This document shows, piece after piece, positions 9,678 to 21,600 of a stretch of 64,000 nt of DNA. The notes beneath the pieces were generated by a model. That model was given only the letters and a program-made list of their open reading frames with translations, ran no database searches and had not been told where the DNA came from. The DNA is from a virus. The stretch spans positions 40,931-104,930 of the IMG/VR virus record IMGVR_UViG_3300021197_000868, one strand, 5' to 3'. How positions within the stretch are numbered: the stretch's first letter is position 1; every line of letters starts with the position of its first letter. The position numbers were made by a program, and so were the translations under genes.

Positions 9678-9990
9678 GCAAAGACACGAAATACCTGTAG
9701 ACGATGATGAAATCATGGTTGTCTACGTTAGGGATATTTCCTTCTTTGATGTTCAGAAATCTGCTCAAGAATTACTCACAATCGGTAAAGATGGCGGAAT
9801 GTCTCTCGACCTAGAATCATATTGGAAGTACGCTTTTACTAATTGGATAGTCCGTACTGAACCTGAACTTTCTACTTCTGAATTACTAGACTTAAAAGGT
9901 CACATTGGTCAGCGCATAGCCGCTATTCTACCTAGCCCTGAGACAGTAGGTAAAATGTTACAGGGAGATTTTACGAAAGGCGACGCTTAG
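9631..9990 (+). CDS. Tail assembly chaperone (gpG-like)
   Basis: Lies between tube and tape measure; AGGTGA RBS before ATG 9631; ends ...GDFTKGDA. Confidence 0.65.
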   Translation: MPTISNKNLLLRQKNEQRHEIPVDDDEIMVVYVRDISFFDVQKSAQELLTIGKDGGMSLDLESYWKYAFTNWIVRTEPELSTSELLDLKGHIGQRIAAILPSPETVGKMLQGDFTKGDA

Positions 9991-10268
9991 AGATTGAGAG
10001 TTTTCTCACTCGTAAGTTAGTCGCCACACCTGAAGACATAGAAATGCAATTAGAATTATGGGCTTACGTAGTAGCAACACATTACAGCATATCACTAAAA
10101 GAGGTACATGAAATGACTCCAGCGACATTCCAACAATCTCTCTCATGGGCGCTTGCTGGTAGGAATCAACAGGAAAAGCAAAAGAAGCGGCAGCGCCAAG
10201 AGTCAAAAAGCGGGGGTCGTGAAACAGTGTCATTAGATTACGACTGGCTCGATTTGGAGGACTTTTGA
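9954..10268 (+). CDS. Tail assembly chaperone extension (gpT-like), probably reached by -1 frameshift
   Basis: The frame of ORF 10044..10268 is open from 9954 and is -1 relative to the chaperone. It contains the gpT-like HYSISLKEVHEMT pattern. Confidence 0.55.
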   Translation, partial: NVTGRFYERRRLEIESFLTRKLVATPEDIEMQLELWAYVVATHYSISLKEVHEMTPATFQQSLSWALAGRNQQEKQKKRQRQESKSGGRETVSLDYDWLDLEDF

Positions 10269-11413
10269 TGGTAGCACTAGCAGGTTTAACTACGGCTATG
10301 AGCGGATTAAGTTCTGCTGCTAGTGGGCTCAGTGGTATCTTTAGTAGTCTAGGCGGTCTACTCAGTAGCATTGGAAGTGCTATAATGAGTGCTTTTGGTA
10401 CTGCGATGGATTTTCTAAAAGAGAAGTTCCAAGCAATAAAGGACTGGTGGAATGACAATATACAGCCTATTTTCGATGAGTTTTGGGAGTATGTAGGTCC
10501 CACGATAATGGCAATATGGGAGTCGTTTAGTGCTTTGGGGACAGGTGCTATTGACTTAGTAGTAGGGGCATTCGACCTACTAGTAGCGGGTGCTGAATTA
10601 GCATGGGGAGGTTTAACCTCGGCTATGTCATTTATGTGGGATGGCTTTGTAATGCCTATTTTTGAAATGTTTTCTGCACTCTTTAGCGGAGTTATTGCTC
10701 TTGCTACTGGAGATTGGGCAGGGTTTATTGATGCTGCTAAAGACTATTGGAATGATGGTGTTGTACCCCTTGTTGACTATTTTATAACCCCATTCTTAAT
10801 TGGATTAGACGCTATTGGGACTGCATGGGATTTCTTAGTAGACCTTATGATGTCAGGATGGGACTTAGTAATGGGAGTCTTCGACTTCACTTGGAAGGAC
10901 CTTTTACCTGATTGGAGTTGGAGTGATATTATTCCGGGCGCTTTAAGCGATTTCTTTTCACTAGATAATCTAAGTAATGTTTTTGACAGTCTTGCATCTA
11001 CGTTTGACGCAGTAGTAGAGCCAATTGTTAATGCTATAAATGATTATATTATTGACACTATCAATGACGTAACAGGATATGAATTACCCGTTATAGGTGA
11101 AAGTCTTAGGAGTATGACTGGTGTAGATAAAATACCTCAACTTGCTGAAGGTGGAATTGCTAGTGGGCCTATGAGTGGTTACCCTGCTGTGTTACACGGT
11201 ACTGAAGCAGTAGTGCCTCTATCAGGTGGTCGCTCTATCCCTGTGGAAATGAAAGGCGGCGGTGGGAAAGGTAACACCTTCAATATCACTATCAATCCAA
11301 GTGGTATTACAGACCGCACTGACAAGCGTGAACTCGCTCGCACTATGGGTAACATGATTCAACAAGAAATATCACGTGCTATAGGTGGCACTACTATGAG
11401 AGGGAGGATGTAA
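10265..11413 (+). CDS. Tape measure protein (short)
   Basis: Periodic W/F amphipathic repeats; C-terminal IPQLAEGGIASGP...HGTEAVVPL and FNITIN motifs typical of tape-measure ends. Confidence 0.75.
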   Translation: MMVALAGLTTAMSGLSSAASGLSGIFSSLGGLLSSIGSAIMSAFGTAMDFLKEKFQAIKDWWNDNIQPIFDEFWEYVGPTIMAIWESFSALGTGAIDLVVGAFDLLVAGAELAWGGLTSAMSFMWDGFVMPIFEMFSALFSGVIALATGDWAGFIDAAKDYWNDGVVPLVDYFITPFLIGLDAIGTAWDFLVDLMMSGWDLVMGVFDFTWKDLLPDWSWSDIIPGALSDFFSLDNLSNVFDSLASTFDAVVEPIVNAINDYIIDTINDVTGYELPVIGESLRSMTGVDKIPQLAEGGIASGPMSGYPAVLHGTEAVVPLSGGRSIPVEMKGGGGKGNTFNITINPSGITDRTDKRELARTMGNMIQQEISRAIGGTTMRGRM

Positions 11414-11415
11414 TC

Positions 11416-12645
11416 ATGGGTGATGGATATGGCTCTCCGATTAGGTTGCACTTTGAAGACCCTGAAAGAATGGCGGAAGCCGGTTACGAAGATGGTATGG
11501 AATTACAGGCTTTGAGTATAGCCCTGTCTGTAGAAAGAAAGGTAGGTGGTATGAGTCTACCTTATTTTGGAGGTCAACGTCTAGGGATAGATATGAATCG
11601 CTCTAACTCTACTATCATCATTGAAGGGATTTTTACAGATGATGGCTTAGGTAGAAGAGGAATATCTGCTAAGTCTGCATCAGCAGTAATAGATTTTGGG
11701 TTCAGGATGCAAGATGCTAGAGTAGTAGGTACTATTCCAAATATATCCCAAGGACACTTAAGTGCTTTAGCAAATGGCGATGGTAACGCTTCAGCCCAAC
11801 ACGGATTTTTGAAATTAAAAGGACAAGATGGGACTACACACACTATATCATTTCAAAGAGATACCGGGGGTTCAGTAGGGTACGTAAGTGCTCAAACTGT
11901 TAGAGTTAAAAATCTCACTGGCGCTGGCACATACATTACCCCTGCTCAATTGGCTACTGCTGTAGCGAGTGCTATAGCGGCTATCAGTGGTAGCCCCTTT
12001 ACAACTTCTGTATCTGCTTCAGATGCTCCTAATGGTGGAGATGCTAAACTTACAATTACGCAAAGCACTTCCGGCTCTATGATAGCGGAGTCTTCTGTTA
12101 AGTTTGAAAACAATGGTAATATAGAACCTTATAATGAACTTTTCAAAGGTGGTAGAAATGCTTCTAATACTGGAGGTAAGTCTGCCGGTGACAAAGTGCA
12201 GGACTTGTATGGTATACTTCACAATACAGGTAGAGGCGGCGTTGCGTCAGGTATTATGAGGGGTGTTGTTGGTGCAGTTTCTAACACTTTAGCAGTCATA
12301 GCAACTGCGGGGGCTGCATTAGAGCAAGGTATGTTAAGTTCAGCGTTAAGGGAGGATATTTTAGGTGATTATCCTATAGGTATTCAGATTCCATATAACT
12401 CTATGATAACAGCACCCGATGGTAATAAATACGCTGCTAGAAACTTCTTAGTTCCTACTGGAACTGTGGGTATTAATGATAAGATGTCACACACTAACGA
12501 TAATGCGGCTGGTGTAGATTTTAAAGAGTCTGATAAAACAACTGGAATTAAGGGCGCTGTGCAAAAGTTTGATGTTTCTTACAGTGCTGCTGAAGAGCAC
12601 TACACTTATCAGATGGTCTTTGTACCAATAGACTTCCTAGGTTGA
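11416..12645 (+). CDS. Putative distal tail/baseplate protein
   Basis: Follows the tape measure; N-terminal IDMNRSNSTIIIEGIF and C-terminal KGAVQKFDVSY..YTYQMVF flank an inserted domain. Confidence 0.5.
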   Translation: MGDGYGSPIRLHFEDPERMAEAGYEDGMELQALSIALSVERKVGGMSLPYFGGQRLGIDMNRSNSTIIIEGIFTDDGLGRRGISAKSASAVIDFGFRMQDARVVGTIPNISQGHLSALANGDGNASAQHGFLKLKGQDGTTHTISFQRDTGGSVGYVSAQTVRVKNLTGAGTYITPAQLATAVASAIAAISGSPFTTSVSASDAPNGGDAKLTITQSTSGSMIAESSVKFENNGNIEPYNELFKGGRNASNTGGKSAGDKVQDLYGILHNTGRGGVASGIMRGVVGAVSNTLAVIATAGAALEQGMLSSALREDILGDYPIGIQIPYNSMITAPDGNKYAARNFLVPTGTVGINDKMSHTNDNAAGVDFKESDKTTGIKGAVQKFDVSYSAAEEHYTYQMVFVPIDFLG

Positions 12646-12654
12646 GGTGAAATA

Positions 12655-15600
12655 ATGCCAATAATGTTACAATCCAACCACGCACTTTTCTTTGATGGTG
12701 TAAGCGACGGTGTCATTATCCCTCAAGGTGTATTTAGTAAACTAGGTAGAGATAACTCAGATGGTGAAAGAAACGCCTCTGACATAATAAGTGAATCTTC
12801 TCAAGGCGCTAGAGTAAACAGCGTAATTAGTGACGCATTAGGTAAAGAAATAGCAATAGAAGCATGGGTTACTCCTGACTGCGGTGGTGTGATACTTCAG
12901 AAGTCATCTCAATTTTGTTTGAAACTAGGTAATGTAGATACACCCGGACCGGCATCTTTTGAGGTTAATCTTCAAACTGATAATGGTTTTAGAAAAGTCA
13001 TAATTTCCACAGCAAGAGAAATCTCAAACGGTTATAATGGTACTGTATATCCTAGTACAACTAACAATGGGTTTGAAGACTCTTTCAACCGCTTCGTAGG
13101 CTCTAAGGATGATGCTACTAATCTAAATATCAACCAAAGACCACTAATTCATATTGTTGCTAGTATGAGTAAAGGTGTAGTTAGTCTTCACATCAATGGT
13201 GAGTTAATGGCTGAAGAGACAGTAGGTAGATGCTTTTTACCTGAGTCTGATGACCACGTCTACATAGGTGGAACAGGCGGTGAGTTTCGTGGAGTTATTG
13301 AGAGCGTTCACATAAGTTCTGTATTTTCAAATGAAATGACAACTCGTAACGCAGCCTTAGTTAACAACAATACTCTAGCGTTGTTTAGATTTGAAGAGCC
13401 AATAGAGCCAATAGAAGGAATATACGACATCTCTTCTATCTCTTCTGCTAGTAATTTATCAGCGATAAATGTTAGTACAAGTGATGCTGCTTTATTAGCG
13501 TCTAAACTAACTGGTAAAACTATAACCAGTGGTACAATAGATTTTACAGCCACTCCTTACTCTTCAGGTAACTACAGTGTAGTTGATTACAAAACTGTAC
13601 CCGGTACAAAAAACATCCGTGCTATACCTCATGTCCCATACAATCTTCTAATCAATCCCGGCTCTATAAATCGTGACACTCAAAAGCCAAATCAATCTCC
13701 ACCTGAGCGTGTACGTTTACACAATATAAATGTCAGCACTGGGGCTATACTAGTAAGTAGTATTCACTTAGATTTTGACGGCTCTACTAATGGAGACGGG
13801 CTTAGACCAGTATTACATTCTCGTAGTAGTGGTACTGGTGATGATTACTTTGTAGTGGTTAGCGCCGACCTTTTACTAGACAATGGGTCAGGTAAGCCAT
13901 ATCAACCACCTCACTTAGCATCTCAACTTATTGATAGAACAGGTCAAATGGTGCTTGACGAAGGTCACTTTGAGCAACACGGTATTGTTTTCTCTAGTAG
14001 AATGGCTACGACTACTAACGATACCAATAACCCCTTTGCTGTTACATGGCCTACTACATTAGACGAATCATTTCAGATAGGACACTCAGGTAGACACATA
14101 CTCAATCATGTTACAGGTCATCATTATCTCAGGAATATGCCGAGAGCGAGTGAAGAAAACTTAGACCAGCAATTTGGAAATGCTGATATTGTTGAGTTGA
14201 TATATGACGGAGCGGCGCAGGGTATAGAGAAGCAGTTTCCTATCAATAGTAAAATAGATTATTATCGAGATATTGCTCAAAGTAGAATAGTAGATATTAC
14301 TTCATCTAGCACTGTCTCAGATTCGGTAGACAATGGATTAGCAGACCCTTCTAGGAAATTGATAGCAATCGGTGGTGAAAGTTTTAACCCAATGCCATTC
14401 GCTTTGAAAGGCCCCTTACCACTAAGTATAGATGATGCAGATGATAACATACGTAAACATCATCTTAGACCATCTAAGACTAGTAGAGTTGCTATTTTAG
14501 AAGTTGATTTATCATCATACAATTTAGCATCATATGTTGAAATACATTACAATGCGATTGATTTTACTGGTGTCAGCATGGGTAAAACCACACCAATGTT
14601 AATGGTCGAAAAAACTGTTCCTGCCTCTAACCACTTACTTACAGGGACTACATACGTAATAGATGCCATTGAAGCATCTTTGGCTAGTGGTAAGACTCTA
14701 CATGCACCGGGTGGTATCATTGAGATTTCTGCTCCTGTTCAAGGTGATTTAGCAACAGCGTCATTCACTCATTCTTTGGTTGGGGATAACAGTGAAGGTT
14801 TTGAAAGTGACTCAGAACTAGATGAAAGATACACTCCTCAAAACTATACAACGATGACTACTGAACCAAGAAGACCTCCTCAAAATATAGCAGCATCACA
14901 TACCTCTAAAGAAAGTCACGAATCTGTTTTCCATCATTTGATTATAGAGGCTAATAACGCAGGTAAGTTTAGCACATCACCAAGACCTTCAGCATCAACT
15001 AGTTCGGGTGCTGCTGGTGAGTTTGATATAGCGGTAGCAGCATCTGCTGGACCTGTACATGAAATGTTCGACATAATAGACAATCACGCTACTACGACTC
15101 CGGGTGTACAACAACGCATTTACGTGCAACCATCTGACCGTAGTAGAACTGCTCAATTGAGACATGTAAAAGCAGTAGCAGATAACGGAAATGATTCTCA
15201 CTTTGCTAGTATAATGTACTTAATGACTAGAGGAAAACTACGTAGCGTTATTGAAGAAGAAGGAGAAGATGGCGCAGAGAGGTTTACTACGGTAAAATGT
15301 GTCGGTATAAATGCAGCAATTATCAACAGAAACGTAGACGAAATAGGTTCAGGGAGCCCTGATTCACACGTAGTCAAGGAGATAGACCCTAACGCCCCAG
15401 TAGTGACTGTCACACTAGGAGGAGTAGGGCAAGGAGCGTATGATACAAACCCATCATTCGACCCAAGCACACTATCGAGGTTGCCTTATAACACAAGGTT
15501 TGGATTTTCTTGTCACGCTGTATCTGTCCGTACAGACCGTGACACTACCGCCGCTGACCGTATTCAGTTCATTGAAGTGCGTGCTCTAAACAACGGCGCT

Positions 15601-18600
15601 GATGATTTGAAATCATGGGGTACATATCCGTTCCCTAAGAAAGGGCGCTTATTTTTGAGAAGTGGGGCTAGTGCTGAGTATAGTAATAAGAACGGCGTGG
15701 CATTCTTCTTTGAAGATTCTGATGTTGGTAGTGGTAGATTCGTACTAAGTGACGGGTCAGAGGTCGCTAATTTCTATGAGTGGGTTGGGAGTACAGGACT
15801 CAGTTCAACAGCAGGGGCCGTTAGTAGTAATAGTATAGTTAATGCTTCTATTGGTGAAGTAATACTCGGTGATGGTAATTTTTATGTAGAGAACGCTACT
15901 GCCGATGGCTCTACTGTTAACGATAGAATGTTTCAGTCAATGGACACCGTTACTCACGATTATCAGTTAGGTACTCAGTTCGCAAGTACACGTGCTCTAG
16001 TAGAAATACCTCTATTTAATCAGCAATTCTTCAAAGATATACCTAATGGGATATTACCGGGACCTGATAACTCTTTGAAGTTACATCTTGACCCTACAAT
16101 GACAGCACATACTTGGAATCCTTCACCTGTAGGAAGGCGCTATCAGGAAGTTTCACCCGGTGACCGTAGCGCACATTCCGCTTATGCTTATTCTCTATCA
16201 CAGAATAATCATACTCGTAGTGCAAGTATTCAAGGAGAGGCACTTCTCGATACTAGTCCAACTCCTGATGTTTACAAACTCTATGTTAGTAATCCTGAGA
16301 TATTCCCCGCTGCTGACATAGGTAGTTCAGGTAAGTCTTACTTCTACGTGGATGAAGTACAGCGACATCAAAGGGCATTCTTACCGAATGGTGAGTGGAT
16401 TATTTACAATAATGACCCTTCTAGTGATGGTTTCATACAGTTTGAAGATGCTCTTTATGCTCATTCTGAGAAGTTCTTGGAGACACATGAGGCAGGTATG
16501 CAACTACTAGTAGGAGGAGGTTATCAAAGTGAAAGTTTAATTCCTCTAGTTGGTAGTTTCTTGAACCCGTCTTCTTCTATAGAAAGAAGAAGTGAATACT
16601 ATCATGACTCTGCTAGTGTTAAAACTCAAGGTGGGAATGTAGACTATGGTCTACGTCAATATGTAAGTGCTGTTGAGTTTAAGGCGGGACCTACTACTAA
16701 CCCCCATGCTGCTCGCATACAGTCGGGTAGAGCCCGAGGTCAAATCATAGGTGTAGAGCCTATTATGAATGGGACCACTTTCACTGGTCTAGTAGTGTTA
16801 AGTCTATCAGACGAAGATATTGTTTCATTCCCTAACATTCAACCTAACATTGATAGTAATGGTAACATAGTTTACGAAACTGGAGATTATCATTATCTAT
16901 TAGAAATAAAGTCACCTAATGGTGACACTAGAAGATTTATTTATTGGGGTGATGCTACTGCTACGTTTGCACATTTAAGCAGCACGCCTACTAGTCCTAA
17001 TGACTTTAGAAGTTCGATTATAGTTGAGGATATTTTCAACAAAGGTAGTACACTACCTGATTATTATAATAAAACTCATGCTAGTTACATATTAGACCAA
17101 GAGGCTTTGTTAGTGAAAAGAGGTTTTATGTTTGGCTTTGACCATGATAAGGATAGTTCAGCACTAGAAAAAACACTCAATATCAGTGACACTTTCAGAC
17201 CTCCTACTGCACGCCATCCTTGGACTATTAAAGCATCACCTACTGTCACTACTACTGCTTTGACTACTACAAACACTACTAGTGAGCGATTACTACAAGC
17301 AGATACCAATAGCCTAAATGTTCAGAAAGATGACTATGTGTATGCTGAAATAGAAACCATATCAGGCTCTACTATTGACAGCGTTAAGTTTCTAGGTAAA
17401 GTCACTGTTATTGCTGATGGTCATGCTCAAGGTACACCTTCGTCTGATACAGTCCTAACTTTAGATGGTAGTATGACTAGCGCAGTAGCGACTGCGGTGA
17501 ACAGCGCTCTAGGAGATGCTGCTAAAAAGGTGTATCTTAGAGTTGGTTGTCATGACATCATGAGGAATGATGATGAGGCTATCCTGAATAGAACATGGGT
17601 ATTCCCGTATGCTCCCGGTGGCTTCCGTAAAGGAGACACTATATGGGCTAACATGACGTATAATAATCCTCACGCAGTAGAGGGATTATTTGCTAAGAGT
17701 CGTGGTGTGTTCAATGAAGCATTAGTTTGGAAGGGTTTCAATGGTGGATTAGGTACAATGCAAGATGAGGCTCGTGATAGTATTCCACTTGAGAACTTCT
17801 TGATTGGTAATACATGTAGAGAAACTGCTGAAAATTATCTCCAGCACGTAAACAAGACCATAGAAGAAAATTACATAAATCTACTGGGAGATAATCCAAA
17901 TGCTCCTATTGTTGCTTATCTCGACCCTACTTTGAAAGGTGATAATCATGCTCGTGTTTTGCTTTATGATTGCGCTCATGACCGTGAGTTTATTGCATTC
18001 CAAGACTTACAGATGCAAGTTCAAACTAGCCCAAAGGTAGCAGAAATTGGCTTCCAAAGACATACTACTGGTTACAATCTTGCTACAGGTGGTGACCAAA
18101 TTGATTTGGTTACTCACAACATAAAGTATAACGGTGGTAGTCAAAACGCCTTTATGACTCAAATTGATGTCGCTAATGGTTTCCCAAGTCAAAATAAGTA
18201 TGTTAGACCCACTATGCGTTCAAGATTTATGGAGAGCGCTTACGCTCATGATATTGCTAATAATTATTCAGCATCGAGTATGCAGTCACCTGTTTCAGGA
18301 ATAGTTACTTCTTTAGTTACCTTTTATCCAAACGGCGCTGGAGCAAACGGTAAAGAAGGAGGTACTGGTTATTCACCAGCATCAGGTTTAGCGACCACTA
18401 CTACTGGAAGTGGTTCAGGATTGACTGTTAATATCACATCGGCTGGAGGCGGCGGTACTAACCAAGGTATTTTACAGATTCCTGTTATCAATGCCGCTGG
18501 AACAGGTTACGCTCATGATGATGTAATTACAGTTACTCAATCAGGAGCATCGGGTGGTAAGTATCGTGTGAGAATATCCCCCGCAGGGATTCCAACAAAT

Positions 18601-21600
18601 CTCACCGCTTCTAACAGATTAACTCAATATGGAAAAGGACATGGTCACTTTGTACACACAGGTTATCATACAGGTGGCTCATTTTCTGAAAGGGCTATAG
18701 GGGACAGTATTTTACCTAGAACTCAAGATGCAGTTGTATTACCTTATTGGGCTAATGAATTACATAAATACAGTCGCAAAACGAGGTCTAGCCTAGATGA
18801 CTTTGTTACTAAATTGACAATTCATCGTGAGGCGAAAACAGGAGCATCTATACGTGACCCTTCTACATTGTTTGATACTCCTGATGGTACAAGAGTCATT
18901 CCAGCATTCTTAGCCTTACGTGGTATACGCTCTAGTAGTCTCGACTTGTCAAACATGCGTGAGAATAGACTTCAACATCTAAAGCATTGGACTGACATGG
19001 ACTTCACTAGAAGGTTAACAATAGACTGTGGTCAAGTAGGAACACGTGACGGTGTTACTGACGTAGAGGCTGCTGCTCGTGAAGTTGTTAGAATTATTAA
19101 CCAAGCAGGTGCTAAGAATGCTAGAACTAATAGCGTAAATGATGAAACAGGGTCTGCTCACGACCCCGCAGTTTGGTGGGATGTAGATAAGGCACTCGAT
19201 ACACAAGATAGTGGTAGCCACATGGGTTATCTTAGAGCACATTTAGGTAGGGTAGTGCAAGATATTAATGGTAATCAGGGTTATTCTATAATTATACATA
19301 GCACTGTACCGGGTGCTACTGGTCGTAATTTCTGCGTGTGGTTGGACAACGCTCGTGGTCAAAGTACATATCAACCTGAGTTCCTTATTGGACATGGAGG
19401 GAGATTCAGAACATTTTGGTGTCAACCTGAAGAGATTAGTGGTGAAAACATGCACCCCGCTCCGATGCCGCTAAATAAGCACGGAAGACCATTTGCTCCT
19501 ATTACAAGTTTACGTCAGTATACTTTACCCGATGAAACAGGAACACAGATAAAATCTTCTAATGACTTTGCTCAGCGTGGTGATGAAGAATCAGACCCTA
19601 TAAACAGGGCCATTTCTATGACAACGGGCTCAGGTCAATCCCATAATACGGTTAACACTGAATCACTTGAAGTAGAAGGCTACGCTACTAGTTTTACAGA
19701 AGGGCTAAGAGTAGGCACACAAGCAGTTGCTAGAGTAAACTTAGGAGGATTAGTCGCTGCTGGTGTACCCGGTTTCGCTCCTGATGCTGGTACTTGGGGA
19801 TTCGGGCGCAAGAGTGATAAAAGATTCACAAAAAAATACGGCGATATTGCTAAGACACAATCATCGGCTACATTACCTACTAGATATAGTAACTACATAC
19901 CATCTAATCAAGTGACTCACGACTCTATAGGTAACACACCTTTGTATGGATTTGAGTTTAAAGACCATTTAGGGAATAGACATGGTATTCGTATAGTGTA
20001 CCGTTCAATAGATGAGGCATTTACTCTTGATGAGACTCAACTTCCTGACACCTTAGAAGATGAGATTATAATTTACATAGATGACCGTGATGTAGGGCAG
20101 GGTGGATTCACAATAGGTCACCATATGCACGGATTAGGCGACGCTACTGGTCGATTTGACCCTAACCCCTCAAATGCTGATTTGATAGGTTGGCGTGGTA
20201 ATAGGTGGAATGGCATTCCATCTGTTAACGCTGCTTATGATGTTGATGTTCACTATTCTAGTAATACTATTAGAGTTCAAATGAGAGCACCTTACGACTC
20301 ATGCCCTCATCCTGATGTTCTAGGTTATATGGGATTCCCATTGAAAAACGGGCTTATACAAATCTCTGACCCGTTTAATCATGCTGACGCTAAGGGTACT
20401 TTCGGTCATGTGTATTCCTATACGCATCGTGACGTGGTATCAGGTATACACTATTTCTATGGAGTACAAGGAGATGATTTTAACGCATCACAAGGTCAGG
20501 CTGCTGGTGTTTCTACTGTAGTTACCACTCCAACTGATTTTGGTAATAGTGCTACTAGCGTTTACATTAGAGGTTTAATTTCATCTTGTTTGAACTGGAC
20601 TACTCTACTGACTGATGAAGTTCTCGCTGCTGCTATCACAGCAACTATCAACTTGTCTAATCCAAACGTTCAGGAGGGTACACCATTTGACTGTAGAGAG
20701 TTCTTTGCCGCTGATGGTAGAACATTGGGCGAATGGGGGGTAGAGTCAGATGCTATACGTATTCGTGCATTTAACACCAATAGAAATATACGGCCTATTT
20801 CTAATTTCTTTACAGCAAGTATTCATAGAGACATGTCTATTCAAGCAGCACATATCGAGCATGGTGACATTGAGAAAGTAGAACATGATGGGACTTTAGG
20901 TAGTAGCAACCGCTCTGCTACTGACGCACAAATTGATGCTGGTTTAAGAGCGGAATGCGGCTACATACCACATACAATTATTCAAATTATCAGTAAAGGT
21001 AGAGGTTCTAACGCAAACACTACTACTCCTATATTAGTAGATTCTAGTAACGAAGCAGTAAATACTGATACTTGGAGTAAGAATCTTAACGGTGCTAGGT
21101 TTACTGCTTATTCCGGTGACCATATACTTCCTATGGTTAATAACCCAACTCTTGAGATTAATGAAATTACTGCTACTGATGTAATCCTTGATAGCGGTAA
21201 TGAACTATGGCACTTCGTGCGCCCTGCTGGTGCTGAAGGTGCTGCTGTTACAGATGGCGGTGGAGCCTCTATAACTAAATTAGCCTCATTTGGTAGTAAA
21301 TCATTATTTTCTTATAGACAAGATACAGCATTTGTTACTAGTGAAAATGGTGCAAACTCGCAGACTAAATTGGATATTATTACTAAGAGTGATGATTTTG
21401 GTACAGTAGGGTCAGGAGCAGCAGATGTTGCTCAACGCTTTGCTGACCATAGATGCTTTACTACTGCGGGTGTTCGTGTGCTAGGTAGCCTACACTCAAC
21501 ACCGCAAGTATTCTTCCGTGGTGGTAGAGATAGTAGTGACCATTGGGTTCCACTATTCTTTGGTGGTGGTTTTAGTGGGGTTACCATTGACGTTAATGAC

